From Squalus acanthias (Eukaryota), in the NCBI GenBank assembly GCA_030390025.1, contig JASTWF010000036.1, positions 4,032,001 to 4,096,000 on the forward strand: a stretch of 64,000 nt of DNA. Direction: 5' to 3'. Numbering within the stretch: the stretch's first letter is position 1; each line of letters starts with the position of its first letter. Position numbers and translations under genes: made by a program. Positions 1 to 10,900 of this stretch are shown here, piece after piece. Under the pieces are notes generated by a model, which searched no databases, was not told the DNA's origin, and saw nothing but the letters and a program-made list of their open reading frames with translations.

Positions 1-611
1 TTGTGGGGGCTGAAGGAGATTACAGAGATAGGGAGGGGCGAGGCCATGGAGGGATTTGAAAACAAGGATGAGAATTTTGAAATCGAGGTGCTGCTTAACC
101 GGGAGCCAATGTAGGTCAGCGAGCACAGGGGAGTTGGGCGAACGGGACTTGGTGCGAGTTAGGACACGGGCAGCCGAGTTTTGGATGACCTCAAGTTTAC
201 GTATGGTGGAATGTGGGAGGCCAGCCAGGTGTGCATTGGAATAGTCAAGTCTAGAGGTAACAAAGGCATGGATGAGGGTTTCAGCAGCGGATGAGCTGAG
301 GCAAGGGCAGAGACGGAGGTGGAAGTAGGCGGTCTTAGTTATGCTGCGGATAAGTGGTCGGAAGCTCATTTCAGGGTCAAATATGACACCAAGGTTGCGA
401 ACAGTGTGGTTCAGCCTCAGACAGATCTTGGGGAGAGGGATGGAGTCAGTGGCTAGGGAACAGAGTTTGTGGCAGGGACCGAAAACAATGGCTTCGGTTT
501 TCCCAATATTTAATTGGAGAAAATTTTTGCTCATCCAGAACTGTATGTCAGACAAGCAGTCTGACAATTTAGAGACCGCGGAGGGGTCAAGAGAAGAAGT
601 AGTGAGGTAGA
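1..611 (-). mobile_element. L2-clade LINE fragment (RT-distal region)
   Basis: Reverse complement matches the L2-type sequence at 25110-25520 and 45180-45550 (ctcatccttgttttcaaatccctccatggcc). Confidence 0.75.
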
Positions 612-1662
612 GTGAGGTAGACCCCTGAACTTCGATAGAGGCAGATTCTCCTCTTCAGTGCTTGGGCACCAAGCACCACCTGAGTGCAGGACATAGAGGA
701 AAGCCGAGCAAGGAGGATCACAGATACGTAACGAACCCGCCCAATTTCCCATCTGTCTAACTTGATGGCCAGAAGGTCAGGCAGACTCCGTTATGACAGA
801 CAATCCTCCCCACCCAATTTTCCTCTCTGCTCTGTGCAATGCTTTACACCCGAGTGCGAAAGAGGAAAATCGCCCAGATTCCCCCTGTCAACAGCCCAAC
901 TGGGCTTTAAACTCTCTGGGGGTAGGAGTCCCTCTGGTCACAATGTGCAGTGACTTTGTGAACACATTCAGAAAGGAACCCATTTACGGTCTCACCAGGC
1001 ACACCAGCCAGAGGAAGTCTGTGCAAATACATTCACAATGTGGCTACACAAAGCAACGAGAGGAATGCTTGCCCCCGCTAAACAATTTAAATCGATGTGA
1101 ATTCAGACAAAACGTGCTTTTTGGCTTAAGTTCAGATCTATTAACAGTGAGACAGTGTCTGTCTGTATCGATCTTGCTCCAATTCAATCTGTGTGTTTTA
1201 CTTTGTAGGTCAATTGTTTGTTCAGTTGTTACGTTAACTCCTGAGCAAATTGCTCTGAGCCTCTACTAAGCCAATATCCTGTCAAATGAGCAGCAGTCAG
1301 TGTGAATCAGTATTGAAGGCAATCTGACTATTATCTCCGGCCATTGGCTGGCGCTCCATACTGACATGGTTTTCTCCCCTCTTCTCCTGAAGGTGCTATC
1401 TCCTGCTAGGATGTGGTTCCGTGGATACTGACAGCCCTCTGGAACCACGTCCGAATGGCCATTCTTTGTGTGGGAGCTTAAACACTGAGCGTTGGCAGGC
1501 AATTCTTTTCTGGAGGGCATCATAGCCAAGTCCAATCCTGTCCTCAGCCGGCGTGCGCACTTTCCAGCACAGAATGACGATTGGGAATGGGAGTCCGGAC
1601 TGATTTTTCCCATCCTAGCCCAGGCACTCTGCGACCAACTGTAGCATTTGCCATCCCAGCTG

Positions 1663-2109
1663 GAAAGAAATGAAAGACTTGCATTTCTATAGCGCCTTTC
1701 ACGGCCTCAGGACATCCCAAAGCGCTTTACAGCCAATGAAGTACTTTTGAAGAGTAGTCACTGTTGTAATGTAGGAAACGTGGTTGCCAATTTGCGCACA
1801 GCAAGCTCCCACAAACAATAACTGGATAATGACCAGATAATCTGTTTGAGGAATAAATATAGGCCCAGGACACTAGGGAAAACTCCCCTGCCCTTCTTCA
1901 AAATAGTGTTGTGGGGTCTTTTACGGCGACCTTAGAGGGCAGACGGTGCCTCGGTTTAACAAAAGACGACACCTCCGACAGTGCCGCACTCCCTCAGTAC
2001 GGCACTGGAGTGTCAGCCCAGATTACGTGCTCAAGTCTCTGGAGTGGGACTTGAACCCGTGACCTGCTGACTGAGAGGCAAGTGTGCTACCCACTGAGCC
2101 ATGGCTGAC
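1663..2109 (-). mobile_element. tRNA-derived Deu-domain SINE (SacSINE1-like)
   Basis: tRNA-like head (gtggctcagtgggtagc...ggttcaagtccc), Deu core and L2-like tail. About ten copies in the window. Confidence 0.85.
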
Positions 2110-2267
2110 ACTGATGTCAACTAACTGAGCACAGACCAGGGAGTGAATCTGGGACCTTCCCGGTCTATAGGGTTCAGTTTTACACGGGGCAGTGAATTAA
2201 ATATTATCTACTGGTGACAAGATTTCTATCAGTCCAGTAGAGATAGGCGTGTGTGGTGGCACAACCT

Positions 2268-3097
2268 TCATAGAATCATAGAATGATATAGCATAGCCCG
2301 AGACCATTCGGCCCATCGTGCCTGTGCTGGCTCTTTGAAAGAGCTGCTGAATTAGTCCCACTGCCCCGCTCTTTCCCCATCGCCTTGCAATTTTTTTCTT
2401 TTCAAGTATTTATCCAATTCCCTTTTGAAAGTTACTATTGAATCTGCTTCCACCGCCCTTTCAGGCAGCGCATTCCAGATCACAACAACTCGCTGCATAA
2501 AAGAAATTCTCCTCATCTCCCCTCTGGTTCTTTTGCCAATTATCTTACTGACCCTCCTGCCACTGGAAACAGTTTCTCCTTATTTACTCAGTGGGTAGCA
2601 CACTCGCCTCTGAGTCAGAAGGTCGTGGGTTCAAGTCCCACTCCAGAGACTTGAGCACAAAAATCCAGGCTGACACTCCCAGTGCAATACTGAGGGAGTG
2701 CTGCATTGTTGGAGGTGCCGTCTTTCGGATAAGACGTTAAACCGAGGCCCCGTCTGCTCTCTCGGGTGGATGTTAAAGATCCCATGGCCACTATTTCGAA
2801 GAAGAGCAGGGGAGATCTCCCTCGACCAACATCACTAAAACAGATTATCTGGTCATTTTTCACATTGCTGTTTGTGGGAGCTTGCTGTGCGCAAATTGGC
2901 TCCCGCGTTTCGCACATTACAACAGTGACTCCACTTCAAAAGTACTTCATTGGCTGTAAAGTGCTTTGAGACGTGCGGTGGTCGTGAAAGGCGCTATAGA
3001 AATGCAAGACTTTCTTTTTTACTCGATCAAAACCCCTCATGATTTTGCACACCTCTTTTAAATCTCCCCTTAACCTTCTCTGCTCTCAAGGGAACAC
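2268..3097 (-). mobile_element. CR1 LINE 3' fragment interrupted by a SINE
   Basis: (catagaat)n tail at the left end. CR1 sequence resumes after the SINE at ~3021. Confidence 0.75.
2587..3020 (+). mobile_element. Deu-domain SINE nested in CR1
   Basis: Same family as 1663-2109. tttactc flanks both ends (2583-2589, 3018-3024), consistent with a target-site duplication. Confidence 0.85.
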
Positions 3098-4024
3098 CTC
3101 GGACTTTGCAAAGTCCCACAGCCTGGATAAAATAAACTGCAACACTCCTCCGTAAGACGAGACTGCTGCAGTAACACTGGTCACTTACTGTGATCCACGT
3201 GCTAAATGCAGCAACTTAAGCATAAGTCAGTGTACAGTGCATGAGATACATAATCAGACATTTCCACGTGTGGATGAAGTCGGCTTAATTAAGATAATCC
3301 CGATGGATTTAGCGATTGTTTTCGTATTTACAAAGAGGGACTTTTCATTCATATCAGGGCAATTTTATTTTAATCTGATTATAGTTCACATGCAGTGACA
3401 GCCGTCATGAAGATTATATTGTGCAAGGCTTGAAATGGAAATTAATTGAAACATGCTCTTGCATGTCACCTGTCAGGCTCCAGCTTACGGGCTGCAACTT
3501 CATACTTGTCCATCGAAGCAATTCTAATGCGTTCGTCCCTTCCCCTACCCCCACCTCACTCACGTGCGCGCACTCCCTGCTGCTTCTGGTGCTTGGGCTC
3601 GAAACCCAACCCAGCACAAACTCTGCACATGTTGACACTGAGATTGTGGATATAATCAGCATGTGCCCCTGCTGACTCTTCCCCCACCCCCACCACACAG
3701 GACTCAGGCGGCCTAACAGTTATTAGTTTGTGGCTGACGTCATGTTTTCTATTGTTACGATCTAATCAAATTGCTGAGGATTTTTTAAAAAAAAGTTAAA
3801 ACACGAGCCGTTTAAACACGATTGATCTGGCGACCGAGGCACCCAATGCTTTGTATTTTCTCCCCCTTGTTTAAGTTACTTGCCTGTTGATGCATCTGTC
3901 CACAAATCTTCAGTGTAAAGCTACAACTTGGATGTCCGGTCCGGGACCCCCCAAGCCCAGGCGCGCTAGAAGCGCCTTCAAGTTCACCCCAGCTGCAGTA
4001 TAACTCCGGCCGAGGGTTGCCAAC

Positions 4025-4793
4025 GTTTTATTTTTATTCGCTTATGGGATGTGGGCGTCGCTGGTAAGGCCAGCATTTATTGCCCATCAGTAGTTGGGCA
4101 ATAAATGCACATTTAGGACTGAGATGAGGAGAAATGTCTTCACTCAGAGGGTGGTGAACCTGTGGAATTCTCTACCACAGAAGGCTGTGGAGGCCAAGTC
4201 ACTGAATATATTTAAGAAGGAGATAGATAGATTTCTAGACACAAAAGGCATCAAGGGGTATGGGGAGAGAGTGGGAATATGGTATTGAGATAGAGGATCA
4301 GCCATGATCATATTGAATGGCGGAGCAGGCTCGAAGGGCTGAATGGCCGACTCCTGCTCCTATTTTTCTATGTTTCTATGTTTCTAGTTGCCCTTGAGAA
4401 GGTGGTGGTGAGCCGCCTTCTTGAACCGCTGCAGTCCGTGTGGTGAAGGTACTCCCACGGTGCTGTTAGGGAGTTCCGGGATTTTGACCCAGCGACGATG
4501 AAGGATCGGCGATATACTTCTTAGTCAGGATGGTGTGTGACTTAGAGGGGAACTTGGAGGTGGTGGTGTTCCCATGCGCCTACTGCCCTTGTCCTTCTAG
4601 GTGGAAGAGGTCGCGGGTTTGGGAGGTGCTGCCGAAGAAGCCTTGGCGAGTTGCTGCAGTGCATCTTGTAGATGGTACACACTGCAGCCACGGTGCGCCG
4701 GTGGTGGAGGGAGTGAATGTTTAAGGTGGTGGATGGGGTGCCGATCAAGCAGGCTGCTTTGTCCTGGATGGTGTCGAGCTTCTTGAGTGTTGG
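4025..4793 (-). mobile_element. Non-LTR retrotransposon 3' fragment (CR1/L2-like clade), split by a CR1 insertion
   Basis: ORF remnant KLDTIQDKAACLIGTPSTTLNIHSLHHRRTVAAVCTIYKMHC. Same family at 7043, 30072, 33135 and 34068. Confidence 0.75.
4109..4385 (+). mobile_element. CR1 LINE 3' end
   Basis: FRTEMRRNVFTQRVVNLWNSLP motif, 3' UTR and (ctatgttt)n tail. Confidence 0.88.
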
Positions 4794-6169
4794 ACTCTGC
4801 TTGGAAATACTCCTGGAGGTTTCTTCACATGGCCTCTTGCTGCCCACCGCCCCGCCCCCACACTCACGCCATTGGTCGCCCCACATGTTCATCCTCACAG
4901 CGCTGCGCCTGCCCGCACCAACTGGACAGCGGCCACACTCTTTGTTACCTGATTGGATGATTCCTGATTGGTCAAACAGCTTTCCCCCGCGCCCTCCCCC
5001 CCCAATCTCCACAAAGCGTGCAAAGGAAATTGAGAAATACATAACTTTTTTTTAATGCCCTTATGATTTTTCCCTCGGGTTTGCTCGCAGGCAGTGTCCT
5101 GGAGATTAGTTGTTAATTCCTGGAGACTCCAGGCTAATCCTGGAGGGTTGGCGACCCAACTCCAGCTCGCTGCCTAGGCTGCCTCTTGGGCCTCCTGGCA
5201 ACTTGGAACGATTTGAATTGTTTTTTTTTTGTTGTAGTTGTCGCCCACGCTCTCCCAACATTAAAGATTAGCTGGCCGGGGAGCAGGGGTTCTGCACACG
5301 CACAAACACACAGAGCTCTGACGCTGCACCCTGGGTGCTGATCAGACTCGGGTCTGGCGTGGACTAATAACGAGGGTCTGCCAACTGCCCATTAAAGCCG
5401 GGCATACACTGATGCCGGTTGTTAGCCGTGGTAGTTCGGCAGCTTTCGTCTCCCTGGGCCACGTCCCATTTCCCCAGTTTCGGGGGGGGGGGTGGGGTAC
5501 GGGGGTAAATGGGAATCTTCAAGGCCTCACTCTACGTTGTTCTGTAAGCATCCAAGTGTGTGAATGTGCACAATGCCGACCCCACCCTCCGCACCTGCTC
5601 CAAACAGCAAGGCTAAGATCAGGAACTCACTTTTACAGAGAGGATATCAAGGACCTGCCTGCTTTTCAAGCAAATAGTTCAATTCCCATGGATATCTTGC
5701 CTCTGGATGTGAGACTCAGGCAATCAGCCTGTAAGTCTTTAGACGCCTCTCGAGCTTGACTAATCAATAGTTCAATGCGCACACACTGTGCCTCTCTACC
5801 ACTCACTCTATATTTAGCAACACTGAAAGATTCAATCTGGCCTGTCTGATTTAGTAACAGTTAAAAGGACTATTGCATTATATTTTACCAAATCCATTAA
5901 TTAAAAGACATGCTACTGTGCTTTCCGCGAAAATTCACTGACCATCATTGTCACTTTCTATTTCTGTCCAACTTAGCGGTGATAATTGCTTCACAAATTG
6001 TTTGTCGCTCACTCCAATAGATTTAAACAAGGTTATGGCCATTATGTCCTGGGGCGAGATGATGATGTCACTGAGAACAAGAACTTCCGAGGGCAAAGAG
6101 ACTTCTTGCACTGGCAACATGGCCCTGGGTGGAATTAGGGGCCGACAGCCTGTTACCATGCCCGTGCTC

Positions 6170-6612
6170 CGTGAGATGGACAAAAGTCATCAGCAACATT
6201 GACCTTCCCACTTACGAAGCCTCGAAAAACCCACCACGAAAGCGCTCAAAATCGTGCCGGCCATTCTAGGAAACAGCAGCCACTATTCAGGTACCGACCT
6301 GCTATCCAGATGGACGGAATCGTGGAACGCATGCAACATAAAGACCCAACATCTCATCACTGACCCAACCGCAGAGGTCCCTGGCTTCGACCTCCCTCGA
6401 AGATGCGGTCACCTGCTCCACAAGTGGAAGAGGAGGGACACCCCGAAGTGCGACTGTGGCCCTGAGTCCCAGACCGTGGAACACATCACATCAACCTGCC
6501 CACTAAGACCTGTTGCAGGAGGCACCTCATTTCCCCACTCAGCATCTCAGGAGGCCATCGAGTGGAGAGCCAAACTAGACAACTTTTCCCATCATATGAA
6601 ACAACAACAACA
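6170..6612 (+). mobile_element. Ingi/Vingi-like LINE 3' fragment
   Basis: PGFDLPRR...HKWK...CDCGPESQTVEHITSTCP C-terminal CCHC motif followed by a (caa)n tail. Confidence 0.55.
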
Positions 6613-6912
6613 CCCATCAGAAATTCCATCGCATCACTGGATTCCTGGGCTTGGGGAGGATATAAAAGACCAGTTTCCTGAAAGCCATCGATTGCGCTCC
6701 TGTCTACATTGTAAGATTTATCTCTAAACCTCCCTCAGAGAGGCACAAGATGGCTGGTGTGGGGCTAGGGAAAAGGTCCCACTGGTGCAGTAGGAGGTCC
6801 GCCCTCTGAGATCAGGGTTGGAGTATATATATGCTGCGGTAGAGCAGAGGGAGCTTTATCCCTAACTAATGGTGCTACACTCTGACATGGGGTGTGATCA
6901 ATGCTGACCCCA

Positions 6913-7037
6913 GGAGGTAGTAATGCATCTTGGGCAAGAGTGCAAAACGGGCGGTATTGCATCAGCCTCCTGTTATAGGCTCAATATCGGGCAATAACGC
7001 CCGTTTTCCGCTCTCGTCCAAGACACATTTCTACCCC
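6913..7037. mobile_element. Palindromic MITE-like element
   Basis: ggaggtagtaatgcatcttgggcaagagtgcaaaacgggcg pairs imperfectly with cgcccgttttccgctctcgtccaagacacatttctacccc. Confidence 0.6.
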
Positions 7038-7042
7038 AAGGT

Positions 7043-7475
7043 GCTTCATTAGCACCCCATCCACCACCTTAAACATTCACTCCCTCCACCACCGGCGTAC
7101 CGTGGCTGCAGTGTGTACCATCTACAAGATGCACTGCAGCAACTCGCCAAGGCTTCTTCGGCAGCACCTCCCAAACCCGCGACCTCTTCCACCTAGAAGG
7201 ACAAGGGCAGCAGGCGCATGGGAACACCACCACCTCCAAGTTCCCCTCCAAGTCACACATCATCCTGACTTGGAAATATATCGGCGTTCCTTCATCGTCG
7301 CTGGGTCAAAATCCTGGAACTCCCTCCCTAACAGCACTGTGGGAGCACCTTCACCACACGGACTGCAGCGGTTCAAGAAGGCGGCTCACCACCTCCTTCT
7401 CTAGGGCAATTAGGGATGGGCAATAAATGCTGGCTTTGCCAGCGATGCCCACATCCCATGAACGAATAAAAAAAA
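7043..7475 (+). mobile_element. Non-LTR retrotransposon 3' fragment (family of 4025-4793)
   Basis: Near-identical to the reverse complement of 4390-4740. A-rich tail. Confidence 0.8.
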
Positions 7476-7963
7476 TGTTTTGAAATGAGAAAGTGTCACA
7501 TCACATTCCCCGGCACCAACACCCCTCATCTCGACCACCAGCAAATTAATTTAAAAAACTGTTCTAAAAAATAAAAACAGACTTGCCATGGTCCTCAGTC
7601 CTCAGTAGTATCACAAGTCTCTCGACAGCCTGGTTTAAAGCTATCTGTTAATTCCTGCACTTTACGCAGCTGGATCTGGATACCAAACTATATTGGGCAA
7701 TGACGTTTCAACTCACACAGAGATCGAGCTTGAATTCAGTTGACCTTTAAGATAGACGCACACCGTCAAAAAGAAATAAAGATCTCTCACTGTATGTACA
7801 AGTCCATGGAGGTTTGAGTTATCTAATGCCATCGTGCAGATATGCTAGTATTTATTTTCTGTTAAAGGTGGCACATTCACTTTAAACTAACTGTAAAGAG
7901 CGACTGGTTAACAGTGATGGCAGGTATCTTGGGACAGATGTTCCTCTTCAGCATAAGTGCTTG

Positions 7964-10900
7964 ACGGAGGATGCCATTCAGCCCTCGAGCCTGTTACACA
8001 GGTCAGGAGGAGGCCATTCAGCCCCTCGGCCTGTTACACAGGCGCAGGAGGAGGCCATTCAGCCCCTCGAGCCTGTTACACAGGAACAGGAGGAGCCATT
8101 CAGCCCCTCGGACTGTTACACAGAACAGGAGGAGGCCATTCAGCCCCTCGAGCCTGTTGCACAGGAACAGAGGAGGCCATTCAGCCCCTCGAGCCTGTTT
8201 ACACAGGAACAGGAGGAGGTCATTCAGCCCTCGAGCCTGTTACACAGGAACAGGAGGAGGCCATTCAGCCCCTCGAGGCCTGTTACACAGGAAACAGGAG
8301 GAGGCCATTCAGCCCACTCGAGCCTGTTACACAGAACAGGAGGAGGCCATTCGGCCCTCGAGCCTGTTACACGGGAACAGGAGGAGGCATTCAGCCCTTC
8401 GAGCCTGTTACACAGAACAGGAGGAGGTCATTCAGCCCCTCGAAGCCTGTTACAACAGGAACAGGAGGACGGCCATTCAGACCCTCTCCTGTTACACAGG
8501 AACAGGAGGAGGCCATTCAGCCCCTCGAGCCTGTTACACAGGAACAGGAGGAGGCCATCAGCCCCCTCGAGCCTGTTACACAGGAACAGGAGGAGGCCAT
8601 TCAGCCCTCGAGCCTGTTACACAGGAACAGGAGGGCCCATTCAGCCCCTCGAGCCTGTTACACGGAACAGGAGGAGGCCATTCAGCCCCATCGAGCCTGT
8701 TACACAGGAACAGGAGGAGGCCATTCGACCCTCGAGCCTGTTAAACCAGAAAGGAGGAGGCATTCAGCCCCTCGAGTCTGTGACACGGAACAGGAGGAGG
8801 CCATTCAGCCCCTCGAGCCTGTTACACAGGAACAGGAGGGGCCATTCAGCCCCTCGAGCCTGTTACACAGGAACAGGAGGAGGCATTCAGCCCCTCGAGC
8901 CTGTTACACAGGAACAGGAGGAGGCCATTCAGCCCCTCGAGCTGTTACACAGGGAACAGGAGGGGCCATTCAGCCCCTCGAGCCTGTTACACAGGACAGG
9001 AGGAGGCCATTCAGCCCCATCGAGCCTGTTACACAGGACCAGGAGGCGGCCATTCAGCCCCTCGAGCCTGTTACACCTGAACAGGAGGAGGCCATTCAGC
9101 CCCTCGAGCCTGTTACACAGGAACAGGAGGAGGCCATTCAGCCCTCGAGCCTGTTCACACAGGAACAGGAGGAGGCCATTAAAGCCCCTCGAGCCTGTTA
9201 CACAGAAACAGGAGGAGGCCATTCAGCCCTCGAGCCTGTTACACAGGACAGGAGGAGGCCATTCAACCACTCGAGCCTGTTACACAGGAACAGGAGGAGG
9301 CCATTCAGCCCTCGAGGCTGTTACACAGGAACAGGAGAGGCCATTCAGCCCCTCGAGCCTGTTACACAGGAAACAGGAGGAGGCCATTCAAGCCCTCGAG
9401 CCTGTTACACAGGAACAGGAGGAGGCCATTCAGCCCCTCGAGCCTGTTACAAGGAACAGGAGGAGGCCATTCAGCCCCTCGAGCCTGTTAAACAGGAACA
9501 GGAGGAGGCCATTCAGCCCCTCGAGGCCTGTTACACAGGCAGGAGGAGGCCATTCAGCCCCTCGAGCTGTTACACAGGAACAAGAGGAGGCCAATTCAGC
9601 CCCCTCGAGCCTGTTACACAGGACACAGGAAGGCCATTCAGCCCCCTCGAGCCTGTTACACAGGAACAGGAGGAGGCCATTCAGCCCACTCGAGCCTGTT
9701 ACACCAGGAACAGGAGGAGGCCATTCAGCCCTCGAGCCTGTTACACAGGAACAGGAGGAGGCCATTCAGCCCCTCGAGCCTGTTACACAGGAACAGGAGG
9801 AAGCATTCAGCCACCTCGAGCCTGTTACACAGGAACAGGAGGAGGCCATTCAGCCCCTCGAGCCTGTTACACCAGGAACAGGAGGAGGCCATTCAGCCCC
9901 TCGAGCCTGTTACACAGGAACAGGAGGAGGCCATTCACCCCTCGAGCCTGTTACCACAGGAACAGGAGGAGCCATTCAGCCCCTCGAGCCTGTTACACAG
10001 GAACAGGAGGAGGCCATTCAGCCACCTCGAGCTGTTTACACAGGTACAGGAGGAGGCCATTCAGCCCCTCGAGCCTGTTACACAGGAACAGGGAGGATGC
10101 CATTCAGCCCCTCGAGCCTGTTACACAGGAACAGGAGGAGGGCCATTAAACCCCTCGAGCCTGTTACACAGGAACAGGAGGAGGCAATTCAGCCCCTCGA
10201 GCCTGTTACACAGGAACAGGAGGAGGCCATTCGCACCCTCGAGCCTGTTACACAGGAACAGGAGGAGGCCATTCAGCCCCTCGAGCCTGTTACACAGAAC
10301 AGGAGGAGGCCATTCAGCCCCTCGACCCTGTTACACAGGAACAGGAGGAGGCCCATTTCAGACACCTCGAGCCTGTTACAGGGGAACAGGAGGAGGCCAT
10401 ATCAGCCCCTGAAGGCTGTAAACATGGGCACAGGAGGAGGCCATTCAGCCTCACGAGCCTTTTACAGGGAACAGGAGGAGGCCATATCAGCCCCTCGAGC
10501 CTGTTACACAGGAACAGGAGGAGCCCATTCAGCCCCTCGAGCCTGGTTAGCACAGGAACAGGAGTGAGGCCATTCAGCCCCTCGAGCCTGTACACAGTAT
10601 CAAGGAGGAGGCCATTCAGCCCCTCGAGCCTGTTACACAGGAACAGGAGGAGCCATTCAGCCCCTCGAGCCTGTTACACAGGTACAGGAGGAGGCATTCA
10701 GCCCCTCGAGCCTGTTACACAGGAAACAGGAGGAGGCCATTCAGCCTCCTCGAGCCTGTTACACAGGAACAGGAGGAGGACATTAGCCCCTCGAGCCTGT
10801 TACACAGGAACAGGAGGAGGCCATTCAGCCCCTCGAGCCTGTTACACAGGAACAGGAGGAGGCCCATTCAGCCCCTCGAGCCTGTTACACAGGAACAGGA

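Larger units (their letters stand above)
4012..5159. mobile_element. hAT-type non-autonomous DNA transposon (MITE) hosting nested LINEs
   Basis: Termini gagggttgccaac / gttggcgacccaa are inverted. 8-bp flanks ctccggcc (4004-4011) and ctccagct (5160-5167) match 6/8. Confidence 0.6.

Noticed and set aside
793..1269. 158-aa ORF
   Set aside because: No recognisable homology. Length is compatible with chance.
7964..8100. Hammerhead ribozyme within the satellite monomer (as in newt satellite 2)
   Set aside because: The monomer lacks CUGANGA and GAAA cores on both strands.
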